A DNA stretch of 64,000 nucleotides from a virus (Duplodnaviria; Caudoviricetes): the IMG/VR virus record IMGVR_UViG_3300043447_000250, positions 27,214-91,213 of that record; one strand, written 5' to 3'. Every line of letters starts with the position of its first letter. Positions within the stretch are counted from its first letter, which is position 1. Of this stretch, positions 1 through 9,476 are shown piece after piece. A program made the translations under genes and the position numbers. The notes under the pieces are model-generated. The model did not search any database. It saw nothing but the letters and a program-made list of their open reading frames with translations, and was not told where the DNA came from.

Positions 1-221
1 AAATAGAATTGCTTCAAAAGTACTTCAATAACATTATCGTTATTGCAGATAATGATGAGGCAGGAGGAAATATGAAAACTAAGATAATTGAAAAACTTGG
101 TTCTCGTGTATCCGTTATACAACTAAATAAACAATATAAAGATATAGGCGACATGGATGACAAGTCAATTAAAGAACTAGATTATGAGTTTGACAAGTCA
201 ATACTATCCATGCTAAACTAA
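1..221 (+). CDS. DNA primase, C-terminal TOPRIM part (truncated by window edge)
   Basis: IADNDEAG DxD motif and KDIGDM, typical of TOPRIM; lies upstream of SSB and DnaE. Confidence 0.8.
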   Translation, partial: IELLQKYFNNIIVIADNDEAGGNMKTKIIEKLGSRVSVIQLNKQYKDIGDMDDKSIKELDYEFDKSILSMLN

Positions 222-249
222 TACATAACAACACAAAAGGAGCAATACA

Positions 250-903
250 ATGAGCGTAATTAAGGGTCTTAAGGACATTAGCGCACTACTCGACAAGCCA
301 AAGTTTGAAAGCACAGGACAAAAGGTTCGTTGGGTTAAGTTAGCAGACGGCCAATCTGCTAAGATTCGTTTCGTTGAGGAATTGGATCAAGATTCAGCAC
401 ACTACAATGAGGCCCGTGGCCTTTCAGTTGTAGTATCAGAACACACAAACCCAAAGGATTACAAGCGTAAGGCTGCTTGTACTATTGATTCAGAGGGTCG
501 CTGCTTCGGTTGCGAAATGGCAAAGAAGGAACCTAAGTCTGGCTGGAGAGCACGACTTCGTTTCTACTGCAACGTTCTTATCAATGACGGCACAGAAGAT
601 GCTTACATCGCTGTATGGTCACAGGGTATTTCAAAGCAGTCAGCATTCAACAACATTCGTGAGTATGCACTTGATACAGGTAGCATCTCAAACCTTGAGT
701 GGAAGTTAAAGCGTAATGGACAGGGAACTGAAACCAACTACACACTTCTACCTTCAAAGCCAGATACAGAACCATTTGTATGGGATGGCTTTGAATACTT
801 CAACCTAGAAAAGGTTGTCCGTGAGGTTCCTTACCCAGAGCAGGAAGCATTCTACTTTGGGTTTGACACTCCATCCGTTACCAGCACGAATATCGACTGG
901 TAA
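250..903 (+). CDS. single-stranded DNA-binding protein (gp32-like)
   Basis: KIRF..., Cys pair, R-x-GxGxETxY motif, acidic aromatic tail; between primase and polymerase. Confidence 0.65.
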   Translation: MSVIKGLKDISALLDKPKFESTGQKVRWVKLADGQSAKIRFVEELDQDSAHYNEARGLSVVVSEHTNPKDYKRKAACTIDSEGRCFGCEMAKKEPKSGWRARLRFYCNVLINDGTEDAYIAVWSQGISKQSAFNNIREYALDTGSISNLEWKLKRNGQGTETNYTLLPSKPDTEPFVWDGFEYFNLEKVVREVPYPEQEAFYFGFDTPSVTSTNIDW

Positions 904-906
904 TAA

Positions 907-3900
907 ATGAGTTACGTAGGCTTACACGTACATACCCACTATTCCCTCTTTGACGGAATCGCTACTCCAGAAGAATACATTGACCGTGCAGTTGAGTTAG
1001 GGATGCCAGCAATTGCCATCACTGACCACGGTACTTTATCTGGGCATAGGGAACTGCACCGTATTGCAAAAGCGAAGGGTATTAAGCCTATACTTGGTGT
1101 AGAAGGCTATATGTGTCAAGATAGATTCGATACAAGAGATAAGTCTGAAAGAGACGGAGACCTTGATCTAGTCTACAACCATATAGTCCTTCTCGCCAAG
1201 AACCAAATTGGTTTAGAGAACCTTAATAAGATTAATGAGATTGCGTGGACAGAAGGATATTTCAAGAAGCCAAGATTTGACTTTGAAATTCTTGAAAAAT
1301 ACTCAGAGGGTATTATTGTTACCTCTGCATGCCCAAGTAGCGTACTTGTAAAGGCACTTGAGAACAATGAGTTTGCCATTGCTAAGAAGCACATCGAATG
1401 GTTTAAACGAGTATTTAATGATGATTACTATATTGAGGTTATGCCACACAATGAGGCAGAAATCAATAAGCAGTTAATTCAGTTGGCTGATGAGTTTGGC
1501 GTACAGGTTGTTGTTACACCTGACTGCCACCATAGTTCAGCAGATCAGAAGGAGATTCAAGAATTTAAACTTCTTCTTAATACCCATGTCAAGATTGACA
1601 AGGAACATACTTTTGAGAAGTCCAAGAAGTATACAGACATGATGGAACGCCTAGATTATCTATATGGTCATGACCGTCAGATTACATTTAATGAGTTTGA
1701 TATTCACCTTCTTTCATATGAAGAGATGAAGTCAGCAATGGAAGCACAAGGTATTGACCGTCCTGACATTTACTCTAATACACTTGCTATTGCAGAAAAA
1801 GTTGGGGATTATGGAATACAAGAAGGCCTAGACCTTCTACCAGTACAATACAAGCACCCAGATAAAGAACTTAGAGAACTTGCACTTGCTGGATTAACAG
1901 AGCGTGGAGTAGACTCGCAGGAGTATTTAGATAGACTAGATGAAGAGTTAAAGGTAATTAAAGATAAGAAGTTTGCACCATACTTCCTAGTTGTACGAAG
2001 CATGATTAACTGGGCAAAGAAGGAAGATATTATGGTTGGTCCAGGTCGTGGATCAGCAGCAGGTTCATTGCTCTGTTACTCACTAGGAATTACAGACATT
2101 GATCCAATCAAACATGGTCTTCTGTTTTTCCGATTTATCAACCCAGAGCGTAACGACTTCCCAGATATTGATACAGATATTCAAGACTCTCGTCGTGAAG
2201 AAGTGAAAGATTATCTAGTTAGACAGTATCGACATGTTGCATCTATTGCTACATTCCTTTCGTTTAAGGATAAGGGTGTTGTAAGAGATGTTGCACGAGT
2301 ATTAAATATTCCTCTAACAGATGTTAATAAGGTTTTAAAGTTAGTAGATACATGGGATGACTTCTGTAACTCAAAGTCAACAAGAGAGTTCCGTGAAAAG
2401 TATCCAGAGGTTGAAATCTACGGAGAGCAACTCCGAGGTCGCATTCGTGGAACAGGTATTCACGCTGCAGGTGTTGTAACATCTAAGGACCCAATCTTCC
2501 GATTTGCACCAATGGAAACAAGATCTTCTACTGGAAGCGATGAGCGCATTCCCGTTGTCGCTGTTGATATGGAAGAGGCAGAGCGTATTGGGCTAATCAA
2601 GATTGATGCCTTGGGACTGAAGACACTTTCAGTTTTAAAGGACACACTTGATATTATTGAAGAGCGAGATGGAAAGAAGATTGATCTTCTTAAGATTGAT
2701 ATGGACGATAAGAATGTTTATCAAATGCTATCTGACGGGTATACAAAGGGTGTCTTCCAGTGTGAAGCAACACCATATACAAACCTTCTCGTTAAGATGG
2801 GTGTCAAAAACCTAGCAGAACTTTCTGCTTCTAATGCTCTTGTTCGTCCTGGTGCAATGAACACAATTGGAAAAGACTACATTGCCATTAAGCATGGTCG
2901 CCAGAATCCAAACTACAAGCACCAAGTTATTAAATCATTTACGGAGGAAACATATGGCTGTATTCTTTACCAGGAACAAGTTATGCAAGCATGCGTACAA
3001 CTTGGCGGTATGTCCATGTCGGAGGCAGATAAAGTCCGTAAGATCATTGGAAAGAAAAAAGATGCTAAAGAGTTTGATGTGTTTAAGGATCAGTTCGTTA
3101 AAGGGGCTTCTCAATACATTTCGCCGAATCAGGCTCTAGATCTATGGCATGACTTTGAGGCTCACGCAGGGTACTCATTCAACAAGTCACACGCTGTAGC
3201 ATACTCAACACTCTCATACTGGACAGCATGGTTGAAGTACCATTATCCACTAGAGTTTATGTACTCACTACTTAAGAATGAAAAGGATAAAGATGCAAGA
3301 ACTGAATACCTCATTGAAGCGAAGCGAATGGGCATTTCGATTAAACTGCCACATATTAACGATTCGGATATTGATTTTAAAATTGAAGGCAAGGGTATTC
3401 GGTTTGGACTATCAGGCATTAAGTTCATCTCTGATAAAATTGCAGAAAGATATATTGCATCTCGCCCGTTCCTATCCTACAAAGAACTTGAAGAGTTTAC
3501 CTTTACAAAGGGTAACGGGGTTAATTCTAGGGCTCTTCAAGCATTAAGAGTTATTGGAGCAGCAACTTTCCAGGATAATCCTAGAAACGATGCAGAGATC
3601 AAAGAGCATCTATACGAGTATCTCAATCTCCCAGAGTTTAACATCTCTGTTCCATCTCACTATCATGCTTTTATTACGCCTGCAGAGGACTATGAGGAAA
3701 AGGGTTCATTTATTCTCATGGGGATGGTTAAGGGTATCAAGAGAGCAAAGGGATGGTCAAGAGTAGAGTTACTAGATAAGACAGGAAGCGTAGGAATTTT
3801 TGATGACGAAAACAGTGCTATTGAGGCAGGTATCTCGTATATTGTTTTGGCTAATGACAATAGGATTGTTTCTGCAGTCCCTGTTGATCAAATAAAGGGT

Positions 3901-4176
3901 TCTGATTCAGCACTGATTAAATTCTTAAATTATAAAATGTTACCATACAAAGATGATGACATGTTTGTAGTTTCTTTTAACCCAAGAATTACTAAGGCTG
4001 GAAAGAAGATGGCATCTCTTACATTAGCAGATGCTTCAAGAGAACTTCATTCTGTTACAGTATTTCCAACGGCATTTGCCAAGGCATACATGAAGATAGA
4101 AGAAGGCAACACATACAAGTTTAGTTTCGGAAAGACTAAAGATGGAACAGTTATATTGGAGGATGTAAATGCTTGA
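907..4176 (+). CDS. dnaE: DNA polymerase III alpha subunit
   Basis: PHP domain HVHTHYS/TDHG, GRGSAAGS, PDIDTD, GYSFNKSH, C-terminal OB fold. Confidence 0.97.
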   Translation: MSYVGLHVHTHYSLFDGIATPEEYIDRAVELGMPAIAITDHGTLSGHRELHRIAKAKGIKPILGVEGYMCQDRFDTRDKSERDGDLDLVYNHIVLLAKNQIGLENLNKINEIAWTEGYFKKPRFDFEILEKYSEGIIVTSACPSSVLVKALENNEFAIAKKHIEWFKRVFNDDYYIEVMPHNEAEINKQLIQLADEFGVQVVVTPDCHHSSADQKEIQEFKLLLNTHVKIDKEHTFEKSKKYTDMMERLDYLYGHDRQITFNEFDIHLLSYEEMKSAMEAQGIDRPDIYSNTLAIAEKVGDYGIQEGLDLLPVQYKHPDKELRELALAGLTERGVDSQEYLDRLDEELKVIKDKKFAPYFLVVRSMINWAKKEDIMVGPGRGSAAGSLLCYSLGITDIDPIKHGLLFFRFINPERNDFPDIDTDIQDSRREEVKDYLVRQYRHVASIATFLSFKDKGVVRDVARVLNIPLTDVNKVLKLVDTWDDFCNSKSTREFREKYPEVEIYGEQLRGRIRGTGIHAAGVVTSKDPIFRFAPMETRSSTGSDERIPVVAVDMEEAERIGLIKIDALGLKTLSVLKDTLDIIEERDGKKIDLLKIDMDDKNVYQMLSDGYTKGVFQCEATPYTNLLVKMGVKNLAELSASNALVRPGAMNTIGKDYIAIKHGRQNPNYKHQVIKSFTEETYGCILYQEQVMQACVQLGGMSMSEADKVRKIIGKKKDAKEFDVFKDQFVKGASQYISPNQALDLWHDFEAHAGYSFNKSHAVAYSTLSYWTAWLKYHYPLEFMYSLLKNEKDKDARTEYLIEAKRMGISIKLPHINDSDIDFKIEGKGIRFGLSGIKFISDKIAERYIASRPFLSYKELEEFTFTKGNGVNSRALQALRVIGAATFQDNPRNDAEIKEHLYEYLNLPEFNISVPSHYHAFITPAEDYEEKGSFILMGMVKGIKRAKGWSRVELLDKTGSVGIFDDENSAIEAGISYIVLANDNRIVSAVPVDQIKGSDSALIKFLNYKMLPYKDDDMFVVSFNPRITKAGKKMASLTLADASRELHSVTVFPTAFAKAYMKIEEGNTYKFSFGKTKDGTVILEDVNA

Positions 4177-4492
4177 CAACATGGCAACTGAGTTGCACAA
4201 GAATGCAGTAGTGAAGGGCTTTTGGCCTGAAGTGGAAGATGTAGATGATATCTTTGTTGCAAAACAATTGATGATGATCGTGTCTGAAGTTGTTGAAACA
4301 ATGGAGGCTATTCGCAAAGATAAGGGTGAAGAAGAAATCACAAAGGAATTTGCTGATATTATTATCCGCACACTTGATCTTTATGCAGGAGTTGTTGAAG
4401 CAGGGTATACTAAGTTATCTCTAGACGAAGCCTTAAATGAAAAGGTTGAATTTAATAAGTCTAGACCAGAGAAGCATGGAGTTCGATTCTAA
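4169..4492 (+). CDS. MazG-like nucleotide pyrophosphohydrolase
   Basis: SEVVETMEAIRK...EFADIIIR acidic helices. Confidence 0.85.
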   Translation: MLDNMATELHKNAVVKGFWPEVEDVDDIFVAKQLMMIVSEVVETMEAIRKDKGEEEITKEFADIIIRTLDLYAGVVEAGYTKLSLDEALNEKVEFNKSRPEKHGVRF

Positions 4493-5505
4493 TGACCGTA
4501 ACAATTGAAGATGTACTGGCTCAACTTAATCCTAAGTTGCGTAAGACTATTATGTCTGGTGATTCTATACCACCAACAGAATATGCAATCACCCCTAGTG
4601 TCGGTCTGAACCGTGCTCTAAACGGTGGACTGCCCTATGGTAGGCAAGTACTCATTTGGGGCTCAAAGTCGTCTGCAAAGTCCTCTCTATGCCTCCAGAT
4701 GATTGGTCTGGCACAGAAGGAAGGAAAGATCTGTGCTTGGATTGATGCTGAAATGTCATATGATAAGTCTTGGGCTGAAAAACTTGGGGTAGATACTTCA
4801 AAGTTGATCGTATCTCAGTGCAGAACTATTAATGAAATGGTAGATATTGGCACTAGCCTAATGCAGGCTGGAGTAGATATGATTGTTGTTGACTCAATCA
4901 CATCATTGCTACCAGCAATTTATTTTGAAAAGGATTCAGATGAACTCAAGCAACTTGAAAACACAAAACAAATTGGTGCAGAGTCTCGTGACTTTAGCAA
5001 CGCATGGAAGATGATTAACTATGCTAATAATAAAGTTAAGCCAACTCTGTTTGTCCTTATTAGTCAAAGTCGTAATAATATTTCTGCTATGTATACTAGC
5101 CAGCAGCCTACTGGTGGTCAGGCTACTAAGTTCTATTCTTCAACAGTTATTAAACTGTTTTCGTCAGAATCAGATAATCAAGCAATTAAGGGTAAGATTC
5201 ACGTTGGTGACAAACTTATTGAAGAAAAGATTGGTCGCAAAGTTCGTTGGGAATTACAGTTCTCTAAGACATCGCCTGGTTTCCAAAGCGGAGAATATGA
5301 TTTTTATTTCCGTGGAGACGATGTTGGTATTGATAGTATTGGCGACCTTGTTGACACTGCTGAGTTGGCGGGACTAGTTAATCGAACTGGTGCTTGGTAT
5401 CAACTAGAAGATGGCACAAAGGTACAGGGTAGAGAAGGTTTTGTTAACCGTGTCAAGGAAGACTTGGATTTGCAAGATAGCCTAAGAAAGCAACTCAATG
5501 GCTAA
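4492..5505 (+). CDS. recA: RecA-like recombinase
   Basis: GGLPYGR, WIDAE, VVDS, GGQATKFYSS, GAWY. Confidence 0.93.
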   Translation: MTVTIEDVLAQLNPKLRKTIMSGDSIPPTEYAITPSVGLNRALNGGLPYGRQVLIWGSKSSAKSSLCLQMIGLAQKEGKICAWIDAEMSYDKSWAEKLGVDTSKLIVSQCRTINEMVDIGTSLMQAGVDMIVVDSITSLLPAIYFEKDSDELKQLENTKQIGAESRDFSNAWKMINYANNKVKPTLFVLISQSRNNISAMYTSQQPTGGQATKFYSSTVIKLFSSESDNQAIKGKIHVGDKLIEEKIGRKVRWELQFSKTSPGFQSGEYDFYFRGDDVGIDSIGDLVDTAELAGLVNRTGAWYQLEDGTKVQGREGFVNRVKEDLDLQDSLRKQLNG

Positions 5506-5674
5506 CTATACTGTTTATAATGGTCAGTTCTTATGTCATACCTGCAAGGTGGAGGTAAAAACTTTAAGACTATATCCAGATACAAAAATTGCAACATGGA
5601 TGTGCAAAGATAAGCACTTAACAAGTGTTAGTTTTAATAAGAGAAAGAAGAGTGATTTTGAGCGAGAGGAGTGA
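5498..5674 (+). CDS. small Zn-binding protein (MANYTVYNGQFLCHTC...), absent from the ORF track
   Basis: 58 aa ORF coupled to recA; CxxC...C..H. Confidence 0.6.
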   Translation: MANYTVYNGQFLCHTCKVEVKTLRLYPDTKIATWMCKDKHLTSVSFNKRKKSDFEREE

Positions 5675-5945
5675 GTCTAAGCGCATCGGCGCAAAGCAAC
5701 ACAAGAACTCAGGACGAAACACTCACAAGGGGGATGCTACTTGGAGAAATTTTACGGTTGACTTCAAAGAGTACCCAAAAGGCATTACCATTAGCAAAGA
5801 GATTTGGGCTAAGGCTGTTACTGATGCTATCAGGAACGGTAATGATCCAGCAATATTTTTGGTACTAGGCGAGGGTAATGCCAAGGTAAGACTTGCAGTA
5901 ATAGAGGTGGACATGCTAGAGCAACTAACTGAGGAGGAATCATGA
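5658..5945 (+). CDS. Holliday junction resolvase-like PD-(D/E)XK nuclease
   Basis: SERSE...NSG...KGD...VDFKE; TTG start at 5658. Confidence 0.6.
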   Translation: MSERSESKRIGAKQHKNSGRNTHKGDATWRNFTVDFKEYPKGITISKEIWAKAVTDAIRNGNDPAIFLVLGEGNAKVRLAVIEVDMLEQLTEEES

Positions 5946-6247
5946 CAGAACAACAAACAACTTTAGAGATGGTAAACGGTCTTGCAGAAATTGCAGAGTA
6001 TATGGATGACAAAGAGTTGACGGAGGCGCTTACTTTTATTGCCAAGATTATTATTAAGCCAGATATCCCTACTCAGGTTGCTACCATAGAGATAGTCCGA
6101 CTACAGGCAATCGCAGCAAAGATGTCCTTGAAGGCTACTTGGATGGCTAATGTGGACAAGTCTGATCGTGGAAAGAAGAATCTTTACTATACTTCAGCAG
6201 AAGCAATAAATAATCTAGTCTCTGCTTTAAAGTACATAACCCGATAA
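5942..6247 (+). CDS. hypothetical helical protein
   Basis: RBS gaggag, ATGA overlap with previous gene. Confidence 0.75.
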   Translation: MTEQQTTLEMVNGLAEIAEYMDDKELTEALTFIAKIIIKPDIPTQVATIEIVRLQAIAAKMSLKATWMANVDKSDRGKKNLYYTSAEAINNLVSALKYITR

Positions 6248-6282
6248 TCTGCTATACTTATACTAATAGAAACGAGAAACAA

Positions 6283-7080
6283 ATGACAAAAAGTTTATTA
6301 CAGCAGGTTATGTTGAAGAGAGAACCAAAGCGAGAGTCCTTCCTTGATACTGACGCCTTAATTGAAAAAATTAATTCTGGCTATACTGTTAACAGAGTTG
6401 ACAAGCATACACAGAAGAAAACGTTTGCTCCATCAACAATTGCTTACTCTCATGGAGAGTGCCCAAGATATTGGTACCTAGCATTTGATGGTCAAACATT
6501 CGAAGACAATGCAGATGCATACGGTGCTGCTAACATGACAGCAGGAACGAAGTCTCACGAAAGAATTCAAGAAGCCATGGCAAATGTGCCAGATGGATTC
6601 TTAGTCGACTCAGAATTTAAAATTACTTATCCTGACCCACCGATCTTTGGGTATGGTGATGTAATGCTTAACTGGGAAGGCGAAGAACTTCTTGGTGAAA
6701 TCAAGACAATGCTTAACGAAGGGTTCGAGTATCGTAAGGCTGCAATGAAGCCAAAGACAGGCCACCTAATACAGTTGCTTATCTATATGAAGATTCTAAA
6801 GAAAGCAAAAGCAGTACTAATTTATGAGAACAAAAATAATCACGAACTGCTGGTTTTGCCAGTAGAAGTAAACGATCATTACCGTCGGTGGGTAGACCAG
6901 GCATTTGATTGGATGCGAGAAGTTCGCAAGGCATGGACAGATAGAACCATTCCTAAGAAGAATTATAGATCAAATTCAAAGATCTGTAAGACTTGTCCAA
7001 TTCAAAAGGCTTGTGCATCAGCAGATGCAGGAGACATTAAAATTAATTCTCTGGAGCCATTGAAAGATGAAACATTGTAA
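6283..7080 (+). CDS. Cas4-like exonuclease
   Basis: CPRYWY, GT..HE, G.GD, EIKT, QL..Y, C-terminal CxxCPxxxxC Fe-S ligands. Confidence 0.85.
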   Translation: MTKSLLQQVMLKREPKRESFLDTDALIEKINSGYTVNRVDKHTQKKTFAPSTIAYSHGECPRYWYLAFDGQTFEDNADAYGAANMTAGTKSHERIQEAMANVPDGFLVDSEFKITYPDPPIFGYGDVMLNWEGEELLGEIKTMLNEGFEYRKAAMKPKTGHLIQLLIYMKILKKAKAVLIYENKNNHELLVLPVEVNDHYRRWVDQAFDWMREVRKAWTDRTIPKKNYRSNSKICKTCPIQKACASADAGDIKINSLEPLKDETL

Positions 7081-7351
7081 TTGGTGCGATTCGCAGTTTG
7101 AGACTTCAATAAGTTATCAAATCTATTGTTCGCAAGAATGTAGAGAGTCTGCTACAAAAGAAAAGATTGCTGCTAGGTATATCCATATACGAAGGCAAAA
7201 GCGTAAAGATAAAGATAGAAGGTGCAAGTCTTGCAACAACAAACTTTCTATCTACAACGATGAGTCTTTGTGTATGGAATGTACCATCAATCCTACAGAT
7301 GTAACTAAGACATTAAAGCAGATCAAGAGGTTGATAAATGGTACAGAATAA
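7067..7351 (+). CDS. Cys-rich Zn-finger protein
   Basis: CxxC, YCSxxC and two more CxxC. Confidence 0.7.
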   Translation: MKHCNWCDSQFETSISYQIYCSQECRESATKEKIAARYIHIRRQKRKDKDRRCKSCNNKLSIYNDESLCMECTINPTDVTKTLKQIKRLINGTE

Positions 7352-7928
7352 GTGGGGCATTGAGGTCCAGCCAGAAAGAATTTGTGCTATTGACGCTAGT
7401 ACAAATAGTCTTGCGTATGCTACCTTTCATGGAGGACACCTAAAAGAGGTTGGCAAAATTAACTTTGAAGGTAAAGATATTTATGAGAAGGTTATTGATG
7501 CTGGGAGAAAGTCTAGAGGTTTGTTTGAGCATATTGTAAATGTAGATGCAATTGTTATTGAGCATACAGTATTCATGAATAGTCCTAAGACCGCTGCTGA
7601 CCTTGCATTAGTTCAAGGTGCCCTTCTCGGTGCAGCAGGTCAGTCAGGGATTAGAACCATTGGTAAGGTTGCTCCAATTACCTGGCAAAACTTTATTGGC
7701 AATAAGAAGATTTCTAAGGATGAAAAACTATATATTAAATCACAGAATCCTGGAAAGTCTGAATCATGGCTTAAGGGGTATGAGAGAGAGTTGCGAAAGC
7801 AGAGAACAATTAACTTTATTAACATCCAGTATGATAAGGCTATCACTGATAATGATGTGGCAGATGCTTGTGGTATTGGTCATTGGGCTGTAAAGAACTG
7901 GGGCAAAGCAATGGGAGTTGACAAATAA
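7338..7928 (+). CDS. ruvC: RuvC-like resolvase
   Basis: AIDAS, IVIE, DVADACGI. Confidence 0.85.
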   Translation: MVQNKWGIEVQPERICAIDASTNSLAYATFHGGHLKEVGKINFEGKDIYEKVIDAGRKSRGLFEHIVNVDAIVIEHTVFMNSPKTAADLALVQGALLGAAGQSGIRTIGKVAPITWQNFIGNKKISKDEKLYIKSQNPGKSESWLKGYERELRKQRTINFINIQYDKAITDNDVADACGIGHWAVKNWGKAMGVDK

Positions 7929-7932
7929 TACC

Positions 7933-8088
7933 ATGGCTGCTAAACTATATACATCAGAGGCTTTTATGCGTAAGCGTTATCTTATGGATAAGAAGACTCC
8001 AGAAGAAATTGCAAAGGAGTGCGGTGTGAGTCTAGAGACAATCTATGTATACCTTGCAAAGTTTGGTTTAAGGAAGTCAAAAAGATGA
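7933..8088 (+). CDS. small helix-turn-helix protein, absent from the ORF track
   Basis: MAAKLYTSEAFMRKRYLMDKKTPEEIAKECGVSLETIYVYLAKFGL HTH pattern. Confidence 0.75.
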   Translation: MAAKLYTSEAFMRKRYLMDKKTPEEIAKECGVSLETIYVYLAKFGLRKSKR

Positions 8089-8714
8089 GCATAAAAGACA
8101 ATAACCATATTGCTAAAAGTTTCTTTACACCAGAAGAAGTTCTAGAGTTGAAGAAGATAATTTACTCTTACTATAACTCAAGACCAAAAGCACCAGTAGA
8201 TTTAGATAAAATAAAAACAGATGGATATCCAAAAGATACAGTAATGATTCAAGACTGGTCTGGAAGATCTAGTTTTAGAATAACAGACATGCTACCAAGT
8301 AACATTATTAAAAAGTTAGAAGACTATGTTGAGGGCTATGGAGCAGAACTTGACTGGTATAGTTTTACATTTGTTAGGTATTCAAATGAGTTCGGAACTC
8401 CAAATCTTGGCCCGCATCTAGATGAGCATGATACAAACTTTACTATTGACTATCAGTTAGAGTCAAACACATCTTGGAGTGTTGTTGTAGAAGGTAAAGA
8501 GTATGATTTGTCAGATAACGATGCAGCCGTCTTCAGTCCATCTGAGCAGGTTCATTGGAGAAATCCAAAAAGGTTTGCAGATGGAGAGTATGTAGATATG
8601 ATTTTGTTTTATTTTACAGTAAAGTCAAACTCAAAAAAGTTGACAGTTGAAGAAAAGATAAAAATATCAAGTCAGTATCAGTCTAGTTATTTTAAAAAAG
8701 TGGAGGAACTATGA
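8085..8714 (+). CDS. 2OG-Fe(II) oxygenase-like protein
   Basis: LGPHLD (HxD) ... HWR; start moved to the ATGA overlap at 8085. Confidence 0.7.
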   Translation: MSIKDNNHIAKSFFTPEEVLELKKIIYSYYNSRPKAPVDLDKIKTDGYPKDTVMIQDWSGRSSFRITDMLPSNIIKKLEDYVEGYGAELDWYSFTFVRYSNEFGTPNLGPHLDEHDTNFTIDYQLESNTSWSVVVEGKEYDLSDNDAAVFSPSEQVHWRNPKRFADGEYVDMILFYFTVKSNSKKLTVEEKIKISSQYQSSYFKKVEEL

Positions 8715-8953
8715 ACGATAAGTTTGTAATTACAGTAGATCAGGTCAATCATCCAGAGCACTACACTAGTGATCCTTCAGGGATTGAGTGTATTCAGATT
8801 ACCCGTCATCGTAACTTTAATATTGGTAATGCCTTTAAGTACCTTTGGAGGGCAGGACTCAAAGATGAGTCGAAGACAATTCAAGACCTTGAGAAGGCAA
8901 TTTTCTATATTAAGGATGAGATAAATAGACTAGAGGGAAAGTATGACAACTGA
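8711..8953 (+). CDS. DUF3310 family protein
   Basis: VNHPEHY..IECI..GNAFKYLWRAG.K..DLEKA.FY. Confidence 0.85.
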   Translation: MNDKFVITVDQVNHPEHYTSDPSGIECIQITRHRNFNIGNAFKYLWRAGLKDESKTIQDLEKAIFYIKDEINRLEGKYDN

Positions 8954-9476
8954 GCAAGACTTAATTAACCATTTAGATCAGGTAAACCTAGTTGTTGAAG
9001 AGTACTTAAAGGGTAATGACCCAACACAAATCTCAAAACAGTTAACGATTCCAAGACAAAGAGTCGTCGCCTACATTGATGAGTGGAAGGTCAGCGCATC
9101 CAATAATGCTGCTATCCGTGCTCGTGCAAAAGAAGCCCTTGCAGGGGCAGACCAGCACTATGGTATTTTGATTTCAAAATCTTACGAAGTGATTGATGAA
9201 GCATCTATGACTAACAACCTTAGTGCAAAGACTGCTGCAATTAAACTTGTTATGGATATTGAGTCTAAGAGAATTGATATGCTACAGAAGGCTGGCTTGT
9301 TGGAGAACAAGGAGTTGGCTGATGAGATGATACAGATTGAGAAGCGTCAGGAAGTTCTTGTTGGAATTCTGAAGGATATTGCTTCTACTCATCCAGAGGT
9401 AAGAGACTTAATCATGAGAAGACTTTCTTCAATATCAAAAGAAGATGAAGTTATAACAGTGGTGGCAGATGTTTGA
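8943..9476 (+). CDS. probable terminase small subunit
   Basis: N-terminal HTH plus helices, overlapping the start of the large terminase. Confidence 0.55.
   Translation: MTTEQDLINHLDQVNLVVEEYLKGNDPTQISKQLTIPRQRVVAYIDEWKVSASNNAAIRARAKEALAGADQHYGILISKSYEVIDEASMTNNLSAKTAAIKLVMDIESKRIDMLQKAGLLENKELADEMIQIEKRQEVLVGILKDIASTHPEVRDLIMRRLSSISKEDEVITVVADV

Noticed and set aside
907-4176. Intein or intron in DnaE, RecA or terminase
   Set aside because: Lengths and motif order are normal; no splice motifs seen
6283-7080. Cas4-like gene as evidence of a CRISPR system
   Set aside because: No repeat-spacer array or other cas genes seen; stand-alone Cas4-like nucleases are common in phage replication modules
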